From the NCBI GenBank assembly GCA_043228905.1, contig JBHGNT010000002.1, positions 6,882,001 through 6,946,000 of the forward strand: DNA of 64,000 nucleotides, given 5' to 3'. Of the stretch, positions 23,078 through 34,604 are shown one piece after another; within the stretch, counting starts at the first letter, position 1, and each line of letters opens with the position of its first letter. The notes under the pieces were generated by a model. That model did not search any database, had not been told where the DNA came from, and saw only the letters and a program-made list of their open reading frames with translations. Made by a program: the position numbers and the translations under genes. This stretch comes from Azolla caroliniana. Taxonomy: Eukaryota > Plantae > Polypodiophyta.

Positions 23078-26000
23078 GGGTGGCAAGGGAGCATGGAGAT
23101 GGAAGAAGACTTCGACTTCGAGGAGATGATGGCAAAGATCGTGATGGAAGCCGGACGGAAGATGGCGAAGCGAGATGCGGCTCAACAAGCCGTCGAAAGG
23201 GTGGTCGATCGAGTCAGCCGGTTCAATGGGAATGAGGTCCTAAAATTTTTGGGAGCCTACAAGGCCAAGATGGCGAAAGGGGGCGTGGACGAGGCGATGC
23301 GGCTAGAGTATTTTCGTCGAGTGGCGGCCGTATCAGTGCACAAAGAGGTCAAGGAGCTTCAAGAAGCTCACGAGTCATGGGAGTCCTTTGAGGGAGCGCT
23401 ATTGGACGCATACGGATATGCGAAACCGGAGTGGGTATGCCGGCAACCCTATGGGGAGCGGTCGACAACAACGTGGCCCACGAGTGGCGGAGAAGAGAGG
23501 GCGGTGAGAGGCTACGCACTACCGTCGGAAGAGAGCTCGACGTGCGATCAACCGGAGGAGTATGACCTAGAGGCGTTGGTATGGGAGGCGTGCGAGAGCG
23601 TGAAGGTGAAGTTCGAAGCTAAAGAAGGGCTTATTATGGAGTCGGGCCGGAGACGATCCGAGGATGCGGAGGAAGAAGCCTCCCTATGTGTGGATGATGG
23701 GGCCTATACGGAGGTCGGAAGAGCATGCAATGACGACGACGTGGGAGAGGGTGCAGGGCAAGCGACCCTCTCGTCTTGCGGAAAAGGGACAGCCATGGAC
23801 GAGGCCGGTGACTACGAAGCGGGGAGCACCACTTCGAGAGTGGGCGGAGGATTCCGGACATGATGACCCAAAACATCGAGCGGGGAGGAGACAAGCGGTG
23901 GTGCCGGGACCTTACCCACACTGATTCTAGAGACTCCGGCATCCGGCCTGAGAGCCGGTGTGAGACCTAGAGTGATGAACGGTGGCGGCGGCAAGGCGGG
24001 CAACCAAGACGACGACATGGAAGAGACGGCGGCAAGTGTAATCGAGGCTTGTGCGATCGGAGGCGGGGTAGCCGCGGACAACGATGTCCGGACGGAGGCG
24101 GCTACGGACACAACGAGTGGTGGTGCCGGGTCCTAGAGGCTCCGGTGGTCGGCCCCGAGTGCTGGCGTGAGTCCTAGAGCGACGGGCGGTGGCGACGGCA
24201 AGGCGGGAAACCGAGACGAGGACGAGGACGAGGAGGTAGCAAGCATAACTGAGGCTTGCGTAACCAGGGACGAGATAGCCACGGACCATGGCGTCCGAAC
24301 GAAGGTGGCTACAAACATGACATCGGCGAGTGATGGTACCAAGACTTTTCCCCCACCTGTTCTAGAGACTTCGGCGGTTGGCCCCGAGAGCCCACGTGAG
24401 ACTGGAGAGACGGAAGGTGGCGGCGGCAAAGCGGACGATCGAAACGACGACGAGGAAGGTCATAGCGGACAAAGGAGAGACCCCTCGACACCGAGACTGG
24501 AGACTACGGTGGTTGCGCTCGAATGCCAACATAAGACCGGAGAGAAGGGCGGTGTCCGTGAAGAGGCGTGGCCCAGAGCGAACACGTACGAAGATGAGGA
24601 TGCGAGGCCCGGAACGGGCATGTACAAGAGGACCGACGGAGAGGTCGGGAGCAGCAAAGAGGAGAGAGTCGGGAACTGATCCGACCGGAAGATGAACCGG
24701 TCGATAATCTGACACGACCAGAAGACGACGCGGAAGAAGATTGGAGCGGGGTCCGGTCAACTGGGCCAGAACCGAAGAAGAGCCGGCAAGGCCGGATTTG
24801 TTCGGACAAACATGTACCGGCCGGTTACGATTACGGAAGCGAGCTGACCAAACCGGAACTCGATTGGCCGAGACCGATCCGGGCGAAGGCTAAGTCGGCA
24901 TGATTGGAGGTTGAGGTGAATGAGCCACAACACCCGATGGGAGCCAGTGAGCGCGAGAAGGAGGCCAAGCGGCCATGATGACTACGGTTCCGTGGAAGAC
25001 CAGAAACGAGCGGGACCCTCCCCACCTATTCTAGAGACTTTGGCGGTTGCTGATCAACATAAGACCGGAGAGACAGCCGGTGGCGGCAAGGAGTCGGAGA
25101 CCGGAATGGACGAGGCTACCGGAATGGGTACCCGATGCGTGAAGACGGACGAGCACGGCCAAGAAGGCAAACCGGAGTCGGAAGGGGCTACGACAACGAA
25201 GGACGAAGAGACCGACGCGGAGGTCGGGTCTACGGCGGATGAGGCGCGTAATACGAAGTATGCACTACGGCATAAAACGGAGCAGACTCTATAGCCACTC
25301 AAGGGCCAAGAAACGGGCATGTATTCGGAAGAGCCACAACGAGTGACTGGTGATAGCGGTCCGGTCGAGCCTTTGAGAGGCAAAGGCATGGCGAGAGACG
25401 AAGCGGCGAGATGCCATGATCGGCGGATGGGCGGCGAGAGCGAAGGATGGTGCGCGGAGAACGACGGGGTACACACCGGGAAGAGAAAACGCGGCGGCTT
25501 CCCGGAGGGCATGCAAGGCCAAGTGGGCCAAGAGGATGCGAGTCGGGATGAAGCGGTAACGAGAGCCGCGAAGAATCCCGACATGAAGGTCGGGATGACG
25601 ATATGCTCTACTACGAGAGAGCACGGAGAGCAAGGGAGAATCAACGTGTGCGTAATGGGGTCACCTAAGGACCAAAGAATGAGTGTTCATTTAGAGGAGC
25701 CGCAACGAGTGACCGATGATGACGGTCGGAGGAAGCCTTCGAGAGGCAAGCGCGGGACGACGGACGGCGCGACGAGACGCCAAGATCGACAGAACGAGAC
25801 GAGCGCGATCGGCATGAACGAAGGATTGTGTCTGGGAAAATGGAGGAGATGCGTGGAGAATGGAGGGTCACGTACTGTGAAGAGAAAATGGGGCATCCCG
25901 AAAATGGGGCATCCCGAAGGATGTGTGCGGCCGAGCGGGCCAGGCGGACCAAAAGGGTGTACCTCGGGCCGAAGCGGCAACATCGGAGGTTGCGGAGGAC

Positions 26001-26514
26001 ACCAAAGACGAGAGCACTGACTCGGATGTCGGGAAAGCAACGTACCTTTTCGAAAGGGCACGCAAAGGGTGGAATCCAGAGTGCGATTGGAGAGATTGGG
26101 AGCGCATCCAGAGGACATACGAGGCGGACAAAGGAAGAGAAACCGGGTCAACAACGACGTTTGGGAGGGCCGGTCGAAGAAGAAGGCGCGAACGTCGGAT
26201 ATGGCGGATCGGATGGAGCCGCCGGTTCGGGGACACGCGGTGGACGTGGTGGATCGGATGTAGCCGGCGGGTCGGCGCCGGTAAGGAGCTGGCAAGACGG
26301 ATCGGCGCCGGCAAGGGACCGGCAAGATGGTTGGGTGCCGGTAAGGCGAAGGACCCAATTGATCACCATCGCCGAAATCTCTCACCCTTTTCCTTTCTTG
26401 GCACATACCGGTGGATGTGCGGTTTGGTGGGGGTGGATGTCTTGAAGATTTCCGGCTATAGTGTGAAACTGGGGTGGAAAGGGCAAGTGGGTGGTGTGCA
26501 ACATGTGCGCACGT

Positions 26515-29500
26515 TGTCGTGAAGAAAACCGGCCATAGGCGGAATCAGAGAAAAAGATGCATGAACCGGCTCTTACATGGGTGGACGCGTGAATTGATGT
26601 TTTGAACATGATTCATAATTGGATCGGCTGATGTAAATACTAGGTAGTATACATTTATTTGGGATTGTGCGTATCTCTGTCGAAAGGGACAGGGAATAAA
26701 GCGGTTTTGACTAGGGAGAAAGGGGCACCCCGTTTTTGCGAACTATTTAAGGAGGGAGAGAAGGAAGAAAAGGGATTGCGCGTTGGCAAGGACGAAGAGT
26801 GTTGCAGGACCGAGTGCCGAGCTCTCTCTCCTCCACCGATCGTCATTCTTTGTGGGTGTTGGGAGTTCGACGCCTCTGCTTCGTGGGTAGCCCGTGCGCT
26901 GCCAGCAGAGGCTCTCCCTTCTACGCTTCTTTTTTTTAGGGGTCCAGTGTGTTCTGTCTGTGTGCGTGAGTAGGATCCCCGTGTCGGGTCCATCGCCGCC
27001 TTGCTGGTTGTAATCGTCAGAGTTTGTAATCTCTTGATATTGTAATCGACCGTTACTGTCGAGCCGGGACGGATGCCAGAGGTTCGTCGTGAACCACATC
27101 AACAATTGCGAGAAGGTGCTGCAGAGGCTCGAAAACGCACGACTCACCTTCTCTGGAGAAAAATCGGTGTTCGGGCAGTCGGAGATCTTGGTGGTCAGAC
27201 ACCTGTGCGGGCCTTATGGTAGGAAACCATCTCCGGCAAAGGTAGAGGCCATCTCCGCGATGAGGAACGATTGCGGGTCGGTCACGGAGGTCCGTAGATT
27301 CTTGGGAGCATGCACGTTCTACTACATCTGGATCCCGCACTACGCACATGTTGCGGAACCCCTCTACGGACTATTGAAAAAGGGGCGTAGCTTTGAGTGG
27401 AGGACGGAGCACAAGGAGTCGATCCGGAGACTAAAGGAGGCGCTTACGGTAGCGCCAAATCTCCGTAAAGCGGTTTACGGTAAGGGGGTCCTCATCTATG
27501 TAACGGTGGACACGAGCCCGACCGGGATCGGGTGGGTGATCAAGCAGGAGGAAGAGGACGGCGCACGGTTCCCGATCCGGTTCGGGGCGAAGGTATTGAG
27601 CGAGCGACAGCGAGGTTACCCCCAAGTGAAGCGCGAACTATGGGGTATCGTTTCGGCAGTCAAGGCCGACAGGGACTACCTGATCGGGACGGAGGTAACA
27701 ATCGACACGGTCTGCCTGCCGATACTCGTCATGGTTTCCGGATGCGCGACGCCGGACCTAGCAATGCTCCGGTGGATAGCGTACATTAAGTCCCTGAACC
27801 CGGAGATACGACACATCTCCAGAAAGGATAATGCCATGGCCAACATGCTTTCGAGAGCGAGTTTCAACGACGAAGACGACATGGTTTCGGATGACGAAGA
27901 AGTCGGCGAGGACTTCTTCGGGTCGGCTAATGTGACGACAAGGAAAGGGAACACTCTGACACTTAACGAATTTGACGAAAGCAGGTATGACGGGGAGTGG
28001 CTCCAAATCGGGAGGTTCCTACGGGCGATGACGTCGGACGCAGCGTGGACGAGAGAAGAGGCGAGCCGGGTACGGAAGAAGGCGTATTGATTCTTCCTAT
28101 GGGATGGGTGCATATGGAGGCACCCAAAGAAAAGAAACCACATCCCGCTCTGAGTAGTGGCAAAGAAGGAAGAACATGAGGAACTACTAGCGGCATTTCA
28201 GGAGAGTCCCTAGGTCGGGCACCGCGGAATGTGGGTTGTTGGGAGACAAGTCCCTCCGGATGGGAAGGGAGAAGAACAGTCCCTCCGGAACCGGAAGAGG
28301 AGTACCCGGCTACGGAGAGCCGGATGGTGCAGACCCGGTGTGAACCGGATGAGGAGTACCCGGCTACGAAGAGCCGAATGGTGCAGACTGGGTGTGAACC
28401 GGATGGGGAGTACCCGGCTACGGAGAGCCGGATGTTGCAAGCCCGGTGAGAACCGGAGGAAGAGACATATTCGTAAATATGTTTCTGAGAGCCCATCGAG
28501 GCTATATTTGTAAATAGCCGGAAAGTCATATTAGTATAAATATGACTTAGGGCAAATATGTGTTTGCAGTTGTTGTTCATTTTCTTGTTGGTGCAAGAAA
28601 AGAGAGTGTGTGTGTAACTGTACAGAGAGAGAGAGAGAAAGAGGTCGTTGCCTCTGTTGTAACCGCCGCCTGTGGCGAAGATCTGTGAGCACGAGGTCGG
28701 TGCCTCAGTGAACTCACGGTTGTATATTCTTACATAGTGACAGTTTGCAGCCTGTGGGCTGCCGTGGTTTTTCCCCTAGTTTGGGGTTTTCCACGTGAAC
28801 CTCCTGTGTATCTCCCTCTTCTTCTTGTCGTGTTTTATTTCCCGTTTTCTGTGTATGATCCTAAGTTCGGTTGTGGCCGAGCGTTGCGTATAGGGAGCGT
28901 TGAGTTCCCGTCATGGGCCACGTTCGAGAAGCTGAAGGAGAAGTATTGGTGGTCGGGGATGTACCAGGACATGCATCGGTTCGTAACGACTTGCTACGTT
29001 GTCCGACATCGGGACGAGCTACACCCGACTTACCCGCCTACGGTCCATTTCAAGTGGATGGTGCACTTGGTGACGATGCCAATGGGAGTAGGATAGATGC
29101 GATACCTGGTGCTTGCGCGGGAAGACTTAACGAACCAGGTGGAAGGCCGTGCACTACAGAACAAGACAACCGTGGCGGTATGCCGGTTCCTGAATCGAAG
29201 AGGTAGTGTGTCGGTACGGGTGCGTTGGGAGGATCGTGGCGGACCGGGGAGAGCTGGATGCGCGGGAAGCTAAGGAGTTGTTCGACCGGCTAGGGGTCAA
29301 ACTCTCCCTCACTACGGCGTACAATCCGGAGGCGAACGGGAAGGTAGAACGTGGGCACGGGCCGATCGTAAAGGCGTTGGTGCGTGCATGCGGAGGGCAG
29401 GTCGGGAATTGGCCGCGGCTCCTTCCTTACACACTATGGGCAGACCAAACTACGCACAGTTCGGTGATAGGGTTTATGCCGGCAGAGCTGATGTATGGAC

Positions 29501-30776
29501 AAAAGCCAATCATGTCGGTGGAACAGACGGTTTCTTCATGGGCGGCGGTAGATTGGAAGGACGAGATGAGCCGGGAGGAATTGCTGGTGGCGCGGATTCG
29601 GCAACTCGAGCGGAGGCCGGAGGAAGTGAAATGGGCGAAGGAAAAGTTGCGGGCGGCAAGGGAGCGGAACAAGAACCGGTTCAACCGGACGCACCGGTTG
29701 CGACCAAAGAAGATCGAGGAAGGCGACTGGATCTTGGTATACGACAGCAGCCTCGACAATCAGCACAAGGCGGTGCGAAAGTTCGTTAGGAGATGGTTTG
29801 GGCCCTACACGGTGATGAGCGCGAACGACAACGGGACGTACCACCTCGCGGAACTCGACGGGACACGGTTAGCAGTACCGGTGGCCGGGAAGCGGATCAA
29901 AGTGTTCAAGAAGCGGTTCGTAGACGAGCCGGAGCCGGCGAGCGAGAGCGACGATGACGGTCAGTTCGGGCCCGGCGGAGAATCGGAGAGCGACGAGTGA
30001 GGCCGGTTTTCTTTGGTATCTACCCGTCTCTGGCGCATGTCGGTGGATGCGCGGTTTGGTGGGGGGGGATGTCGTGAAGAAAACCGGCCACAGGCGGAAT
30101 CGGAGAAAAAGATGCATGAACCGGCTCTTACATGGGTGGACGCGTGAATTGATGTTTTGAACATGATTTATAATTGGATCGGCTGATGTAAATACTAGGT
30201 AGTATACATTTATTAAGGATTGTGTGTATCTCTGTCGAAAGGGACAGGGAATAAAGCGGTTTTGACTAGGAAGAAAGGGGCACCCCCTTTTTGCGAACTA
30301 TTTAAGGAGGGAGAGAAGGAAGAAAAGGGATCGCGCATTGGCGAGGACGAAGAGTGTTGCAGGACTAAGTGTCGAGCTCTCTCTCCTCCTCCGATCGTCA
30401 TTCTCTGTGGGTGCTGGGAGTTCGACGCCTCTACTTCGTGGGTAGCCCGTGCGTTGCCAGTAGAGGCTCTCCCTTATATGCTTCTTTTTTTTAGGGGTCC
30501 AGTGTGTTCTGTCTGTGTGCGTGAGTAGGATCCTCGTGTCGGGTCCATCACCGCCTTGCCGGTTGTAATCGTCAGAGTTTGTAATCTCTTGATATTGTAA
30601 TCGACCGTTACTATAATTAAGTGTTCCATTTCTTTCTCTTTCCTTCTCCTTTCTACGTATCTGCAAATCTCTTCTCCTCTCCTCTCCTCTCTCTCTCTCT
30701 CTCTCTTGCTCCTCGGTTCAAGGCCCCTGTGGTCCCACCTCTTTCTACACGCATGCACGTGCGTAACAACGCGACA
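26515..30776 (+). mobile_element. Element E: Ylt1-like (fungal-type) gypsy, internally deleted (RT end, RNase H, integrase remain), 4-bp TSD ACGT
   Basis: LTRs 26515-27057 (truncated) and 30070-30776; ACGT at 26511-26514 and 30777-30780; RH VTVDTSPTGIG..VKRELWG; INT ADRGELD, YNPEANGKVERGH, RRWFGPY. Confidence 0.88.
28237..28913 (+). repeat. Solo LTR (Tnt1-like copia family) inside E integrase
   Basis: TGTTGGG...CCGTCA; TSD TGGGT/TGGGC; removing it restores HRGMWATFEKL; ~54-bp repeats x3. Confidence 0.88.
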
Positions 30777-33700
30777 ACGTATACTAGGAAATGGTGTATA
30801 GAAATAAGACAGACAATTTTATCCCACGTTGTAAGGTCCCTCCCTCCTTGGGCTATAAAAGGAAGGGAGGGGTCACTTATGAAGGGTTGCCAATTTTGCG
30901 TATGAGAGGTATACCACTTAGTCTAGAGTTCTTATCGTTTTAGGGTTAGGGTTTCGTTTAGGGTTTTCCTTCTTCATCTTCGGTTAGGGTTTTCTCATAG
31001 TCGTTTGGTGCGGCCCATGCGGCCACCATTGTTGTAATCATTCTTTTGTTTTAATATATCTTGTTGAGTATCTTACCTCCGCCGATCTCTCCTTCTATGT
31101 GGTGATCTTATTCTTTCTTCTTCTCCCCTTGAGCTAAGCTTCCAAACATATCTTATTCTTTCTCCTCTACTCCCTAGTCCGAGACCCCGGGGGGTCCCCC
31201 CCTTCTACACGCACGTGCCTAACAACGCAACACCGGTGGTGCCCGGTTCCACTGAATCGGTTGCCTCCCCGCTTTCTGACGGTGTCGTGCTGCCTTTTGT
31301 CCGGTTTCCGGTGTTTTGTGGGTTCTCTTCATCTTTAAACGGATTTTTCGGCATATGTCCTTTGTACGGTTTCAGTCGGAATCCGTTGACCCATTTGCTT
31401 GTCCACAAAGGCTTTCCGTCGTCGTTGCTCTAGCTCTAGCTATATTAAGCTAGTTATCCGATGCTCCTCTAGTTCGCACAATGTTGCCAACCGGATCTTC
31501 TTCGACTCCTTTTCACTCAGACGTTGTTTGACTTGGATTCGCAAACTCGGAATCTGAAACTCAATTGGCATGACCGCTTCCAATCCGAATGCTAACCGGA
31601 ACGGGGTTGTGTGTATGCTTGTCTTGTAGGTTGTCTGATACGCCCATTATGCGCTCTGCAACTTTGTGTTCCAATCCGTTCGGTTTTCGTTGACGATTTT
31701 CTGGAGTATATTTTGTAGTGTCTTATTTGTGGATTTGGCCAGTCCATTTGCCTGTGGGTAGTACAGGGTACTACGTTTGTGGACTACCACATAACACGTT
31801 GTGAGGCTCTCCACAACTTGGCCCAGGAAGTGTCCTCCTTGATCTCTTATTAGTTCAATCGGACAGCCATACCGGCACCATATAAACTCGTATAGGAACT
31901 TTGTTGTGGATGCCGCCGTATTATCCTTGAGTGCCTTTGCTTCCACCCATTTCGTGCAGTAGTCGGTGGCCACGATAATGTATCTGTTACCGGTCCTCAT
32001 TGCCGGTGGTTTGAATGGTCCCACAAAGTCCAGTCCCCTTTTCTCGAATGGTTCTAATGGTAATACCGGGTGATGGGCCATTCACGCCTGCTCGGTTGGT
32101 TGGCCTAATCGTTGGCAGAGGTCGCATTCCTTACCGTACCTGATGGCGTCTTTTAAGGTTTGTCAGCCACCATAACCCGCTTTGCCATATCTTGCGGGCT
32201 GTCGCATCGCCGACATAGTGGCCTCCGGCTATTCCGCATTGGGCTTCTCTTAAAATCGTTTCTTTTTCGTCGTTGTGCACCGCCCGCCGCTAGATTCCGT
32301 CTGCCCCTTTGTGATATAGGGTATCCTGGATGAGGCAAAAGTGTTGAGTGGTCCACATGAAATGAAAACTTCCGCCCTAGCAAGTAGTGTTGGTACTTGG
32401 TTATGCTATACACCATTCCGTGAGCCTCCCTTTCCGTTGTGGAGTAGTTGCGTTCGGCCGTCGAGAGCTTTCGGCTTGCATAGTACACCCGCCGGTACCA
32501 CTTCATTTCGGTGAGTTGCATAAGGACACTGCCAATTGCTATGCCCGATGCGTCAACAAACACATGGAAACTCTTCGTCTAGTCGGGAGGTTGCACCACC
32601 GGGGCTTGTGACAGCATTACCTTTAATGCTTGATAGGCCTTTTCCTTCAGCTCTGCCCATTGAAAGGGCAATCGGTGCATTGTTGAATGTAGTGGTGTCG
32701 CGAAGTCAGCCAAATGCCGTAACATTCGTCTATGCCACCAGATTTGTCCTAAAAACCAGCTCAAGGCTTTTGCATTATTTGGTGCGGGTGCTTCCAGGAT
32801 TTCCCTCACCTTATCTGGGTTCACCGCAATTCCCTCCTTACAATGTGTCCCAGCAAGCTGCCACTAGTTACTCCAAACATGCACTTTGCCGGATTCAGGC
32901 TTAGTCGGTATTCTCGACATTTCTCCAAGCATAACCGAAGGTGATCCAAATGTTCGTCCTGTCGACTATACACCGCAAAATCATCTAAAAAGACCTGCAT
33001 GAATGCTGGGATGTACTCCCCGAATATTTCCATGATGATTCGTTGAGAAGTTGCCGCTGTCGTTTTTAGCCCGAACATCATTACCACTGCCACAAACACC
33101 CCCCATTCGGTGACAAAAGCCGTTTTCTCTTGGTCTACCGGGTATATTCGAATCTGATTGTAACTGCTAAATCCGTTTAAGAAACTATATACTTCATGCC
33201 CAGCCACCGCATCCAACACGCCGTTTGTGAACGGTAGTGGGAACGCATCCGTTACTGTACTACCACAATCGGGTTCAACCACGTTGCTTGCTTTACTTGC
33301 CGTATGAACCCGACTCTCAGTAGCTTGTCGATTTCTTCCTTGACCTTCACCACATAATTGGGATTCATTCGGTAACGGCGTTGTGCCACCGGTTTGGCGT
33401 CCGTGCTGAGGTGGATCTGATGCTGATAAAGTTGGGGATCCAATCCTCGCATATCCTCGTAGGACTAGGCGAACACGTCTCAGAAACTTGTGAGTAATTC
33501 GACCATTGCCTTCTTTTCATCCCGTGGCATTTCTTTGGCTACGTTCACCGGTCTGGGTGTGTCGTCGGTACCAAGGTCCACTTCCTCAAGCTGGGATGCT
33601 TTTACTCTTTGGGATATAGTCATTTCCCTTTCCAATGATTCTTGTGCTTGTCGTAATTCCCGAATCACTTCTTGATCCGGTTCGTCCGATTCCTTTCCTG

Positions 33701-34219
33701 GGTTCGTCACATATGGTATGATGGCTTCGGTTATGTCTACCTCAAATATGTTGAAAAACAGCGCTCGGCCACAACCTAGGAATAGGATCAACTCACAGAA
33801 AATAGGAAATACAAAGTACACGAAGACTTTCGAGAGAAGAGTACACAGGATATTTTACGTGGAAAACCCTAAATGGGAAAAACCACGGGAGTCCTCAAAC
33901 TCCAACTATCACTATGAACAGAGATGTACAATGGTGAAGCTTCAAGGCAACAACCTTGAGCTCACTGTCTTCGCCACAGGCGGCGGTAATACACAGAGGC
34001 GACGACCTCCTCGTTTCTCTCTCTCTCTCTCTCTCGGCTGCTCTCACTTCGCTCCCTCTAAGTGGAAAACAGAAAATGAGCAACAACCTTGAAAACTGTT
34101 TGCCCTAAGTCATATTTATACACATATGACTTTCGGGCTATTTACAAATATAGCCTCAAGGGCCCTTGGCAAACATATTCACAAATATGTCCCCGCATCC
34201 GGATCTCTCTCCGGGTACA

Positions 34220-34561
34220 TTCATCATCCGGCTCCGTAGCCGGGTCTTCGTCATCCGGCTCCGTAACCGGGGTCTTCATCATCCGGCTCCGTAGCCGGGT
34301 CTTCGTCATCCGGCTCCGTAACCGGGGTCTTCATCATCCGGCTCCGTAGCTGGGTCTTCGTCATCCGGCTCCGTAACCGGGGTCTTCATCATCCGGCTCC
34401 GTAGCCGGGTCTTCGTCATTCGGCTCCGTAACCGGGGTCTTCATCATCCGGCTCCGTAGCCGGGTCTTCGTCATCCGGCTCCGTAACCGGGGTCTTCATC
34501 ATCCGGCTCCGTAGCCGGGTCTTCGTCATCCGGCTCCGTAACCGGGGTCTTCGTCATCCGG
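34220..34561. repeat. Alternating 27/28-bp tandem array (~6 dimers of 55 bp) in LTR U3; second copy at ~39180-39521
   Basis: TCTTCATCATCCGGCTCCGTAGCCGGG alternating with TCTTCGTCATCCGGCTCCGTAACCGGGG. Confidence 0.95.
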
Positions 34562-34604
34562 ACATCCCATCCGGAGGGACCGAAATCCCAACAAAACTCC
34601 CCCT

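Larger units (their letters stand above)
22527..31232 (+). mobile_element. Element D: non-autonomous gag-only LTR element (TR-GAG-like), 529-bp LTRs; 3' LTR split by element E
   Basis: LTR 22527-23055 matches 26438-26514 joined to 30781-31232; PBS at 23060; PPT GTGGGGGTGGA; gag-like ORF 23093-23863 (VSRFNGNEVLKFL); no pol motifs; CCGG duplicated at the flanks. Confidence 0.85.

Noticed and set aside
23600-26450. Many overlapping antisense ORFs
   Set aside because: Expected in GC-rich low-complexity sequence; no motifs
34220-34561. CRISPR-like hairpin repeat array
   Set aside because: No unique spacers, no cas genes, and present in both LTRs of a copia element
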